This document shows positions 10,411 through 19,241 of a stretch of 64,000 bases of DNA, piece after piece (within the stretch, counting starts at the first letter, position 1; every line of letters starts with the position of its first letter). The notes beneath the pieces are model-generated. The model ran no database searches. It worked only from the letters and a program-made list of their open reading frames with translations, and was not told the DNA's origin. The position numbers and the translations under genes were made by a program. The stretch lies in assembly GCA_965219685.1 (NCBI GenBank), contig CBDCOH010000002.1, forward strand, positions 2,240,001 to 2,304,000. The letters are read 5' to 3'. This DNA is from Candidatus Spongiisociaceae bacterium. Its GTDB lineage: Bacteria > Actinomycetota > Acidimicrobiia > Spongiisociales > Spongiisociaceae.

Positions 10411-10487
10411 CAGGACGACATCCTGATCGTATACAGATCGGACCTGATAACCTAGGCAGATTGAACTATCTATCGTATGCAGATTGT
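10411..10487. repeat. degenerate array with 23-bp period, core CAGATTG
   Basis: CAGGACG 10411, CAGATCG 10434, CAGATTG 10457 and 10480; units 1 and 3 also share ATCGTAT. Confidence 0.7.
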
Positions 10488-10694
10488 CGCGTCGAGAGAT
10501 CGCCAGGCTGCCAGGAGACCCAGACCTGAGTCCCGGGTCCGGATGATCCCGGAAAGCCGCTGCGAGGCGACCAATAGCAAACCACGTCCGGCTTCATCGG
10601 AGATCCGACCTCCCGCAGTGTCGAGGGCGGCTACGCGTTTGAAGGGGCCACGGATGCCGATGACCCGGGTCCGGTTGACAGCGAGGATCAGCGG

Positions 10695-11450
10695 CTAAGG
10701 GGAACGGCGTTTCCGCCTTGTCGGAGACCTCGGGATCGGTGACGAGATGTAGTCCGCGTCACCGGTCTGGTAGATCGTGGCGGGACGTCCTCCTCCCGCG
10801 CTCGGATCGGTGCGGCCGCCGGTTGAGCGGAGATAACCGGGAGTCCTGGTGACTTTGCGGTGGAAGTTGGCAGGCTCGAGACGGGCATTCCACACCGCTT
10901 CGTAGACCCGGCGCAACTGGCTGATGGTGAACTCAGGTGGGCAGAACTGCGCGGCGAGCGTGGTGTATTCGAGCTTGGACCGCACGCGCTCTACCGCCTC
11001 CTTGATGATCTTGGCGTGGTCGAAGGCCAACTCCAGAGCGTCGGCTTCGACCATGACGACCGGAAACAGATCCGCGTCGGCGGCGTCTCCGCCTCCCCGC
11101 GGTTCGGGGAGGTTGGCGAGGATGGCCCAGTAGGCAACGGTGACCACCCGCATCCGGGGATCGCGGTCGGGCGTGCCGTACGTACCGAGTTGCTCGAGAT
11201 ACGCCTGATCGGCCGCTATCCCGGTCTCCTCTTCCAATTCCCGCCGGGCTGCCGCCTTCAGATCCTCGTCGGGACGCACGAAACCGCCCGGCAGCGCCCA
11301 GCGCCCCTTGTAGGGATCCTGCCCGCGCCGGACCAGGAGGATCTGTAGTTGGTCGCCGACGATGGTGAACGTGACCACGTCGACAGTGACCGCGACCGGC
11401 GGGTACGCGTGGGGATCGTATCCGCCGGGGGCCTTTGTGTCACACCCCAT
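10695..11450 (-). CDS. nrtR: NrtR-type Nudix-related transcriptional regulator
   Basis: Nudix box WALPGGF...ARRELEEETG, EQLGTY..PDRDPR, LAFDH, wHTH NFHRK...GGRPA; TATGAT 7 nt before ATG (leaderless). Confidence 0.8.
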   Translation of the reverse strand: MGCDTKAPGGYDPHAYPPVAVTVDVVTFTIVGDQLQILLVRRGQDPYKGRWALPGGFVRPDEDLKAAARRELEEETGIAADQAYLEQLGTYGTPDRDPRMRVVTVAYWAILANLPEPRGGGDAADADLFPVVMVEADALELAFDHAKIIKEAVERVRSKLEYTTLAAQFCPPEFTISQLRRVYEAVWNARLEPANFHRKVTRTPGYLRSTGGRTDPSAGGGRPATIYQTGDADYISSPIPRSPTRRKRRSP

Positions 11451-11474
11451 CCTTACAATCATACCAAGTTTGTG

Positions 11475-11547
11475 TTGACAGGATAAGAACCGGCACGGAT
11501 AGTTCTTGCCAACCGGACACTAAATAGTTATTGTCATAACGGAATAA
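11475..11547 (+). promoter_or_regulatory. sigma70-type promoter and candidate NrtR operator
   Basis: TTGACA(11475)-17 bp-GATAGT; AT-rich dyads GTTATtgtcATAAC and TTATT-N10-AATAA at 11527-11547. Confidence 0.5.
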
Positions 11548-11621
11548 ACCTGTGCCTGCGGCGTTGTACCTGATACGGGGCCGTTTGCGCACCCGAGCCA
11601 CCCCTGACCGAAGGAGATACA

Positions 11622-13235
11622 TTGACTGACGCGACCGTTACCGAGCCCACCAAGCTCTGGTTCCTTCTCGACCGTTCGGGATCGATGAGCCGTCTGACCC
11701 AGGATGTGATCGGCGGGTTCAACACGTACATCGCAGAGCAGGCGCAGGAATCCGGAAGCGCGCACCTGACCCTCGTACAGTTCGACAGCCAGGCCCCGTT
11801 CGAGATCATCCACGACGCTGCGCTGATCGAGGATGTCCCGCCACTCACCACCAGGACCTACAGCCCACGAGGCTCCACCCCTCTGCTGGACGCCATCGGT
11901 GATCTGATCGAACACGCTGACCGGCGCATCGCCTCTCGATCCCGCAAGGAGCAGCCGGCCGAAGACCAGCTGGTCGTGATCTTCAGCGACGGGCTCGAGA
12001 ACGCCTCCCGCCGGTTCAACCGGGCGAGGGTCGCAGATCTGATCAGCATCCGGCAGGAAGCCGGTTGGGAGTTCGTGTTCATGGGCGCCAACCAGGACAG
12101 CTACCTAGAAGCCGGACGCATCGGAGTCTCCCGGGAGAGCATCTCCAACTTCACCGCCACCGAGGCGGGCACAGCGGCGGCGTTCCAGTCGATCTCGCGT
12201 GCCACCAGGGAGTACCGGGGTAAGACCAGGATCGAACGGACGAGAGACTCCGGAACCTTCTTTGGCGGAACCCGTGAGGCGGAGGCCGTGATGCGCAGGC
12301 GCGGCGAACGTGGCGGGGTCGTCCCGAGGCCGCGTCGGGGCATCCCGAACCTGGAGCAGGCATCGGTCGGTCGACCGATCACCCGCCTGGGCGTCTCCTT
12401 CTTCCCTGTTTACCTTCCCGGGAACGACCTCCCGGACATCGCTACCGGACGGAACGCTGGTCTGGTCATCGAGGAACTCCCCGCCTCGAGGGTCCCGTTC
12501 CTCGGCGTGACGAATCAGACGAACGTACCGGTGCTGATCCCCGAGGGAGAACAGCTGATAGGCGGCCTGCAGGACCGGGTGCTCAACACGAGCGTCCTAG
12601 TCCCGCCCTCCACCTCTATCGACATACCTGTGTCATGCCTCGAGCAGGGACGATGGGGAGATCGCCGCGGGTTCGAACGCGGCCATGCGTACGCGCCGCG
12701 ACGCACCCGGAGGGCGAAGAACGCGTCGGTGTTCGACTCGGTGCGCCGGGAAGGGTCTCGTCGGAGCGACCAGGCGGCCGTCTGGAACACGATCGACCGC
12801 GAACTCGCGCACCGGGGGGTTGACTCCCAGACGAGGGCCGCGCGGGACGCCGAGCGGTTCCTCCGCCGCGACCGGCAACGCGCCGAGACGATCCGACGCC
12901 TCGTGAGGCGGGGACCGTTACCGGGCCAGTGCGGCATTGCGGTGACCCACGGCAGGCGCGTGGTGGCAATAGAGGTGTTCGGCAACCACGACCTCCTCGT
13001 CCCCCACTGGGAAGGGTTGGTCCGCTCCTACCTGATCGAGCGACGGACCGCCAACGGCCATCCCTCGGCAACCAGGGTCCTGCACATCATCAGCCGTTTC
13101 GCCAAGTCGCAGGCTCTGCAGAACCGGGGACTCGGCCTGGGCACCGAACTGCATGTGAGCGGCCGCCGACTGGTGGGCCAGGCACTGGTCCACGAAGGCG
13201 CCGTCGTCCACGCGTCCGGATTCACGATCGGCTGA
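11622..13235 (+). CDS. vWA domain fused to an ARPP-1 (DUF6569)-like domain
   Basis: MIDAS DRSGSM, DAIG, SDGLENAS; C-terminal EGEQLIGGLQDRVLNTSVLV...IPVSCLEQGRW; AAGGAG RBS. Confidence 0.75.
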   Translation: MTDATVTEPTKLWFLLDRSGSMSRLTQDVIGGFNTYIAEQAQESGSAHLTLVQFDSQAPFEIIHDAALIEDVPPLTTRTYSPRGSTPLLDAIGDLIEHADRRIASRSRKEQPAEDQLVVIFSDGLENASRRFNRARVADLISIRQEAGWEFVFMGANQDSYLEAGRIGVSRESISNFTATEAGTAAAFQSISRATREYRGKTRIERTRDSGTFFGGTREAEAVMRRRGERGGVVPRPRRGIPNLEQASVGRPITRLGVSFFPVYLPGNDLPDIATGRNAGLVIEELPASRVPFLGVTNQTNVPVLIPEGEQLIGGLQDRVLNTSVLVPPSTSIDIPVSCLEQGRWGDRRGFERGHAYAPRRTRRAKNASVFDSVRREGSRRSDQAAVWNTIDRELAHRGVDSQTRAARDAERFLRRDRQRAETIRRLVRRGPLPGQCGIAVTHGRRVVAIEVFGNHDLLVPHWEGLVRSYLIERRTANGHPSATRVLHIISRFAKSQALQNRGLGLGTELHVSGRRLVGQALVHEGAVVHASGFTIG

Positions 13236-13296
13236 ACAGGAGGAACGAACCGGCGGGCGGTGGGTGAGTGCCTGGCTCACCGCTCGCCCGGAAGGA

Positions 13297-13893
13297 TCAG
13301 AAGGAAGGCGGGGAGGTGACCACCAGGAAGCGGCAGACCCCCTGACCCACGGCTGTCATCGTGTGAGGAGTCATGGCCGGGTACGTCAGCACGTCGCCGA
13401 CGGCCAACTCCACCGGATCCGAGCCCTCGAGCTCCATCCGCAGACAGCCCTCCAGAACGTATATCAACTCTTCGCCCTCATGGCCGGCGTTGACCGTACC
13501 GGCGCCGGGTTCGAACTGGACCTCGTTCGGCTCCATCAGGTGGGAGCCTCCCCGGGTCAGGAACCGGACCGATCCACCCTCCACGAGCTGGTAGGTCTCC
13601 CCTTCGCCGTGACGGACCAGGCTGATGTCCCACTGCTCCTCAGGTTGTAGAAGGCTGTGAGCAGTGGTTTCGAGAGCTTGGGCGACGTAGTGAAGAGCCA
13701 TGAGGCTAGGCATAGCCTTGCCGTTCTCAAGTTGGCTGAGGAAGGGCTGGGAGAGTCCGCAGCGGGAGGCGAGTTGCTGGAGTGTGAGTCCCTGCGCCTT
13801 GCGAAGTCTCCGGAGCGCGGCTCCCAGGGTGGCGGCCACCGCCTCCCCGTCCACCGGTCGGGCCTGCTTGCCAGGCGAGGTTTCACCAGTCAT
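13297..13893 (-). CDS. XRE-family regulator with cupin domain
   Basis: HTH LTLQQLASRCGLSQPFLSQLENG; cupin HEGEELIYVLEG...PH. Confidence 0.9.
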   Translation of the reverse strand: MTGETSPGKQARPVDGEAVAATLGAALRRLRKAQGLTLQQLASRCGLSQPFLSQLENGKAMPSLMALHYVAQALETTAHSLLQPEEQWDISLVRHGEGETYQLVEGGSVRFLTRGGSHLMEPNEVQFEPGAGTVNAGHEGEELIYVLEGCLRMELEGSDPVELAVGDVLTYPAMTPHTMTAVGQGVCRFLVVTSPPSF

Positions 13894-14015
13894 AGCCCGA
13901 TGCTACCGCCCGGAAGGGCTTGTCTTGAGTCGACAGCAGGCGCGCGGACCGGGACGGTGGAGCCCTAGCGCCATCGGGTAAGCCACGAGCCTGAGATAGC
14001 GGATTCGACCAAGGC

Positions 14016-15740
14016 TCACAACCCGCCGGATAGGGCATCAATTCGCCTCACGATATGCAAGGCGATCATCGCGCTTGCTCGATCTACATCCGGACTGCGG
14101 GATTCAACTTCGGAATAGTCCAAGCTGAGATCGAGATCGGGGATCGGTTTCTCGTCGATTGTCACTGTTCGAGACCAACCTTCACCTCTGAATTCCCACT
14201 TAATAGATAGAATGATACTGAACCCTGTTTTCCCGGTGCCCGTATAATCAATCAACCTGTAGTCCTGCCTCACTTCGACCTGCTGGTCGTCATTCAGCTC
14301 GAATCCTCGTGATATAATGTGATGTTCTTTTGTATTCTCCCAGTTCCTCGGTTCCAGAAGAGCCATAGAACTGGTTTGCTGATGTCGGTAGCTAATGTAG
14401 CCGGTCTGTCCAAAGGTACGAAACAGCCCCTTCGCCATATTGCTGACTGTTAGTTCCAATCCATCAAGCAACGGACGAATAAATGTATAGAAGACGTTAT
14501 CCAGTATCTCGATACCTAAGGTATCCGGCTCCGGTCCTCTACGTCTTTCGATAAACTCCGCTATCTCCCGTTCCGTGTCTAGTCGCTGAAGTAGCCCAGC
14601 TAGATCAGCCAAAGGCACTACTTCATAGTTGCTCCGCGATTGACGTGTCGTACCTCCGTAGACAACTGCCTTCATAGAGACATTTGGAACAAGGTCCGTG
14701 ACGCGATCCAGGGAACGAGAGTAGTCCGACGTGATGGTAGAACCGGACTTGACCTCAATAGCATAGATACCGTCACCGGTTTCATAGAAGAGGTCACACT
14801 CCAAGCCCTTCGAATCACGAAAAAAGGAGAGGTTGGAGTCGTAGCTTCGATTGAAACGGTACTTGAGGGCCTCAGCCACGACCGTATTCTCGAAAAGGGC
14901 GCCGCGTAGCGGATGAGTAGCTATCTGGTCGGCGTCTTCGATACCGATTAGATAGCTAGCGAGTCCGACATCATAGAAATAGAGTTTTGGTGATCTGATC
15001 AACCTCTTACGGATATTGGCGTGAAATGGTCGTAGCTGGAAGGCTATGTAACTCCTTTCCAGAACAGTCAGCCATGCTCGTGCCGTGGTGTGCGACACTC
15101 CTGCATCCGAACCCAGCGAACTGAGGTTGAGCAATTGGCCGACCCGTCCGGCGCAGAGCCGGACGAAGAGACGGAAACTCGACAGGTTACGTATCTCGCC
15201 TAGCCGGCGAACATCGCGCTCGACGTAGGTCTCGTAGTAGTCACGGAGGCTCTGGCGCGGGTCGAGTCTTCGATCATGAATCCGGGGATAGAAACCCGAG
15301 AAGAGGATATCGTCTACCGCGTTGCTCGCGCCTGTTCTTCTTCGTTCCGATAGGGAGAACGGCAACAGACGCAGGAGTGCTGTTCGACCAGCCAACGACT
15401 GGCTGACGGAGTCGGAGAGTCGGAACTGCTCGCTGCCGGTGAGTACAAACAGACCGCTTCGACCGCTCTCGTCGGCTAGGACCTGCAGATACGATAGGAG
15501 CTTCGGTACGTACTGTATCTCGTCGATGACCGCAGCCCCGTTGAACTGCGCAAGAAAGCCCCGAGGGTCGGCCTCGGCGAAGTCCCTCACGTCGGGAGCC
15601 TCCAGATTGGCGTATTCCAGATCAGGAAAGGCCGCTCTACACAGGGTTGTCTTGCCGGACTGCCTTGGCCCCGTAACTGTCACGAAGGGATATTGTCGGA
15701 ACAGCGCGGTCAGATGACCGGTGATTTCCCTCTCGATCAT
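14016..15740 (-). CDS. AAA+ ATPase with DUF4143 domain and extra C-terminal domain
   Basis: GPRQSGKT, IDEIQ, YYETYVERDV, PKLYFYDVG, AIEVKS, then ~190 further residues on lower-GC DNA. Confidence 0.9.
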   Translation of the reverse strand: MIEREITGHLTALFRQYPFVTVTGPRQSGKTTLCRAAFPDLEYANLEAPDVRDFAEADPRGFLAQFNGAAVIDEIQYVPKLLSYLQVLADESGRSGLFVLTGSEQFRLSDSVSQSLAGRTALLRLLPFSLSERRRTGASNAVDDILFSGFYPRIHDRRLDPRQSLRDYYETYVERDVRRLGEIRNLSSFRLFVRLCAGRVGQLLNLSSLGSDAGVSHTTARAWLTVLERSYIAFQLRPFHANIRKRLIRSPKLYFYDVGLASYLIGIEDADQIATHPLRGALFENTVVAEALKYRFNRSYDSNLSFFRDSKGLECDLFYETGDGIYAIEVKSGSTITSDYSRSLDRVTDLVPNVSMKAVVYGGTTRQSRSNYEVVPLADLAGLLQRLDTEREIAEFIERRRGPEPDTLGIEILDNVFYTFIRPLLDGLELTVSNMAKGLFRTFGQTGYISYRHQQTSSMALLEPRNWENTKEHHIISRGFELNDDQQVEVRQDYRLIDYTGTGKTGFSIILSIKWEFRGEGWSRTVTIDEKPIPDLDLSLDYSEVESRSPDVDRASAMIALHIVRRIDALSGGL

Positions 15741-15759
15741 GCGTACAGGCTACCAATCC

Positions 15760-15796
15760 TGGTACACATTGCAAGTAGTACTTTCAATGTGTACCA
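15760..15796. promoter_or_regulatory. 37-bp near-perfect palindrome upstream of the third ATPase
   Basis: TGGTACACATTG-C-AAGTA-G-TACTT-T-CAATGTGTACCA. Confidence 0.75.
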
Positions 15797-15810
15797 ACTA
15801 GGTCGGACTG

Positions 15811-17205
15811 CTAGACGAGTCCGATCCGTCCGAGGAGATCGCGGGCGCGGGCGCGGGCTTCGGAGATCACGTCGTCCTGGTCCACCTGGGTGCACCGCCC
15901 GTCCTCGACGATCACCTGCCCAGCGACGATGTTCATCGTCACGTCGCTTCCGCGGGCGGCGTAGACCAAGGCGGTGCGGGGATCGTGAACGGGGGTCAGA
16001 TGGGCGCGGCTCGCATCCAGGACGATGACGTCCGCAAGGGTCCCGGGAACCAAGCGACCGGTGTCTAATCCGAGCGCGTCCGCCCCGCCCGCAGTGGCGA
16101 TGCGTAGTGCCTCCGCAGCTGATGACGCCCCCGGGTCGAGTTCCGCGAGCCTGTGCATGAGGACCAGCATCTTCATGTTCTCGAAGAGGTCCTGGCGGTG
16201 GCCGCAGGTCGATCCGTCGGTCCCGAGCCCGACCGTCGCTCCGGCCTGCAGCAGTTGCCGCATGGGCATCACCCCGTAGGGCACGTACTGGTTCGACATC
16301 GGGCAGTGCACCACCGCCGTCCGCGTCGATCCGATGGCCTCGATCTCCTCCCCATCCAGCCAGGTGGCGTGCGCCAGAACAGCCTCGGGACCCAGCAAGC
16401 CCTCGTTGTGCAACCAGGTTGCGGGGCGGACCCCGTATGCCTCCCGGTACACGTCGGGATCGCCCTTCGGGGCGCTCAGGTGGGTATGCCAACCCGTCCC
16501 GTACGACCGGGCCAATTCGACCGCGGCCACCAGGAGGTTCTGAGCCGTGTAGACCGCGTTTATCGGCCCGGGCCATACCGCCACCCGGGAACCCGGAGGC
16601 CGCGCCTCGAGGCATGCCTCCGTGATGTCCAACTCCTCGGTGTCGCTGAGCGGGAATGCCCTTTCCGGCAACCCCTGACGCTCGGCCAGAGGCGTGTAGC
16701 CGCCGGCCATGCCCCTCGCCACCACCCCCCTCAGCCCAACCTCCTCGATCGCACTCGCCACAGCCAGCGTGGTGTCATAGTCGGTGCGGCCGTAATGGTG
16801 GTCGAGCAGCGCAGTGGTTCCTGCCAGTGCCGCCTCCACCGCGCCCAGGTACACCGCCGCTTTCGTCTCCTCCGGGGTGATCTCCGCGGCGTAGGGCCAC
16901 ATGAACCTGCTCAGCCACTCCCAACCAGGCAGACCCTCCCCCAGCGTGCGTCCCAGCGACTGGAAGAGGTGGTTGTGGCAGTCGACCAGCCCCGGCATCA
17001 GCAACCGGCCCCGGCACGAGATCACCCGGTCGGAGCGGTACACGGACACCTCGTCCTTCGTGCCGACGGCGACGATCCGCTCCCCCGCGATTGCCACAGA
17101 CCCGGCTTCGATCACAGGGCGGGACGGATCGAGGGTGACGAGTGTGCCCGCCTCCAGCAGCAGATCGCAGTGCTCGGGTCTATCGGCTATCGACACGCCC
17201 TCCAT
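15811..17205 (-). CDS. metal-dependent amidohydrolase (MTA/SAH deaminase, Atz/Trz type)
   Basis: PGLVDCHNH, HTHLS, LAHATW, HCPMSN, GLGTDG. Confidence 0.9.
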   Translation of the reverse strand: MEGVSIADRPEHCDLLLEAGTLVTLDPSRPVIEAGSVAIAGERIVAVGTKDEVSVYRSDRVISCRGRLLMPGLVDCHNHLFQSLGRTLGEGLPGWEWLSRFMWPYAAEITPEETKAAVYLGAVEAALAGTTALLDHHYGRTDYDTTLAVASAIEEVGLRGVVARGMAGGYTPLAERQGLPERAFPLSDTEELDITEACLEARPPGSRVAVWPGPINAVYTAQNLLVAAVELARSYGTGWHTHLSAPKGDPDVYREAYGVRPATWLHNEGLLGPEAVLAHATWLDGEEIEAIGSTRTAVVHCPMSNQYVPYGVMPMRQLLQAGATVGLGTDGSTCGHRQDLFENMKMLVLMHRLAELDPGASSAAEALRIATAGGADALGLDTGRLVPGTLADVIVLDASRAHLTPVHDPRTALVYAARGSDVTMNIVAGQVIVEDGRCTQVDQDDVISEARARARDLLGRIGLV

Positions 17206-17301
17206 CGAAACGAGGTTAGTTTCTGGCCGGGTGACGGTACGGCCCGCGCCGCCGATCTACCAGCCGACTCCGTACCCGGACGGCCCTCGGTCGGGTCAGG
17301 C

Positions 17302-17469
17302 TCAGAGCTTGACGACCGCGACGATTAGAGCACCGACCGCGACACCCGTCCCGACTATCCAACGGGTCTGCTCGGCGAACCGTTTCTCCATCTCGGCGCG
17401 CAGGTCTGCGATCTCAGCCCGGATCGTTGCCAAGGCTGCACCGAGCCGGTCCTCTGTGACACTGGACAT
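17302..17469 (-). CDS. 55-aa coiled-coil protein with C-terminal membrane anchor
   Basis: MSSVTEDRLGAALATIRAEIADLRAEMEKRFAEQTRWIVGTGVAVGALIVAVVKL; G-rich RBS; absent from the ORF track. Confidence 0.6.
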   Translation of the reverse strand: MSSVTEDRLGAALATIRAEIADLRAEMEKRFAEQTRWIVGTGVAVGALIVAVVKL

Positions 17470-17640
17470 GTTGCCCCCCTTCGCTGACCTGCTCCTACCC
17501 TATCCCGATGTTTAACACTATGACAACCGTTGTTGTCGTTCGTTGAATCCTGGACACCATCGGATTTGCCGGGCTAACTATCGCTAGACCAGCCCGATGC
17601 CGGGATATGAAGTTGACGGCTGCTACCCACTGGCCATTAG

Positions 17641-17660
17641 TGTGTACTATGTACTACACA
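17641..17660. promoter_or_regulatory. candidate operator of the XRE regulator
   Basis: TGTGTA-N8-TACACA dyad containing TACTAT and abutting the ATG. Confidence 0.5.
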
Positions 17661-18010
17661 TGACTCTAGGAGCTCACATTCGAAGAGTCCGCGAGCAGCG
17701 GCGCGCCACGGACCGGTCCTTCTCGGTGCGCCAGGTCGCGCAGCGGGTCGGCATCGAGCCTTCCTACCTGAGCAAGGTCGAGCGGGAGGTGGTACCTCCC
17801 CCGTCCGAGGCCACGATCCGGCGAATCGCCCTGGAGCTGGGGGAAGACTCCGACCTGTTGCTGGCGATGGTCGGGAAGATCTCGAGCGATCTGCGGGACA
17901 TCATCGTCGACCGCCCGATGCTCTTCACAGACCTGATCCGCAATCTCAGGAAAGCCCCGGACCATGAACTCCGCCGCATCGCCCGTGAAGTCCGTGACGG
18001 CGACTGGTGA
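17660..18010 (+). CDS. XRE-family HTH regulator
   Basis: SVRQVAQRVGIEPSYLSKVER, PPSEATI. Confidence 0.85.
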   Translation: MTLGAHIRRVREQRRATDRSFSVRQVAQRVGIEPSYLSKVEREVVPPPSEATIRRIALELGEDSDLLLAMVGKISSDLRDIIVDRPMLFTDLIRNLRKAPDHELRRIAREVRDGDW

Positions 18011-18073
18011 CGTCTGGCAACGGCACGGAACAGGGCCCCCAACTGACGGATCGAAGAGAGGAAGACAACAACA

Positions 18074-19063
18074 GTGATCGAACTGCATGACAACGACCTG
18101 AGATTCCGGTTCCCGGACGTACACCCGAAGGCCTCCTGCAGCATCAGCTTCCTGCGGACGTTGCGCATCCCCGACGACAACCGCTCGTATCCGCTACCTC
18201 CCGGCCTCTCGCCGTTCCCGCTCGATCATGTCGATGACTACGCCGGGCGGGTCCCCGAGGATTGGCGCCGCCACGGAGGGGTCTTCCTGCCGATGCACCA
18301 AGCCGAGGCAATGTGGATCAACTTCGAGTCCAGCTACCCGATGGCGGTGAAAATAGCCGCCGGCAAGATCAACGCGGTTAACGGCGAGGAGTGGCGCAAC
18401 GCCCTGTCCGATGACCCCTCGCAGGACTATGTGGTGCTTCCCGATCAACCCTGGCTGGATGGATTCTACGCCGGCGAAGGCCTGATCCGTCAGTTCGTGG
18501 CCATGCCGCTGGGAGAGGGATTCACAGCGGAGGAACAGCTCACCGGAGCAGCCGAGCACGGGGGCATCCAGATCGTCGTGTACCCGCTGAAGGCCTCCGT
18601 GTACGAGCGCATTCGAGGTCGTAGGCCCCAGATGGCACACGAGGACTACTTGGCGCCTCAGGTATACGCCATGTGCTCGATGGGCCTGGCGCCCGGCGGA
18701 TTGATGAAACAGGACATCTACGAAGACGGGCACGGGATCGACGCGTGGGAGACCTCCACGAGATCGCGATGCTTCGTGCACCTCCTCAACAGCCTGCAGT
18801 ACCTCCATGTGACTGGTTCCGAACCCCCCACCCGACCCCCCTCCGCTCGCGAGTACACGGAAGCGGGCCTTCCCTGGTTCGAGTACTACGCCGCCGACCG
18901 CAAGACCCTGAAGAACGCCGGAAAGCTCTTGGGCCTCGACAGCATCGCGGCGAAGAAGGTCAAGCAAGGAAAGGGCGTATTGGAAGGCAACGAACCGGTG
19001 AATCCCACCAACGTGAAGATGGTGAGCGCCGGAGGGACCACCGTCCGGGAGGGTGACTTCTGA
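18074..19063 (+). CDS. conserved uncharacterised protein (RTLRIPDD...YPLPPGL family)
   Basis: Motifs FLRTLRIPDD, PMHQAEAMWINF, QPWLDG, RQFVAMPLG, MGLAPGG..KQDIYED, AGLPWF. Confidence 0.8.
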   Translation: MIELHDNDLRFRFPDVHPKASCSISFLRTLRIPDDNRSYPLPPGLSPFPLDHVDDYAGRVPEDWRRHGGVFLPMHQAEAMWINFESSYPMAVKIAAGKINAVNGEEWRNALSDDPSQDYVVLPDQPWLDGFYAGEGLIRQFVAMPLGEGFTAEEQLTGAAEHGGIQIVVYPLKASVYERIRGRRPQMAHEDYLAPQVYAMCSMGLAPGGLMKQDIYEDGHGIDAWETSTRSRCFVHLLNSLQYLHVTGSEPPTRPPSAREYTEAGLPWFEYYAADRKTLKNAGKLLGLDSIAAKKVKQGKGVLEGNEPVNPTNVKMVSAGGTTVREGDF

Positions 19064-19241
19064 GACCTCGCCTCCGGCTTACCGGTCAACTGTGCCAGAC
19101 CGATAAGCGTGGCCCGCCCTCCGTATGCAGTCTATGGGGAAGTCACCCGTTGACACTCGACCCGCTGCTCGGAGCAGGAAACGGGAATAGCGCACCGCAG
19201 TTTTTGTTATACTGACATAAGTATGGAGGGAGCACACGCAA

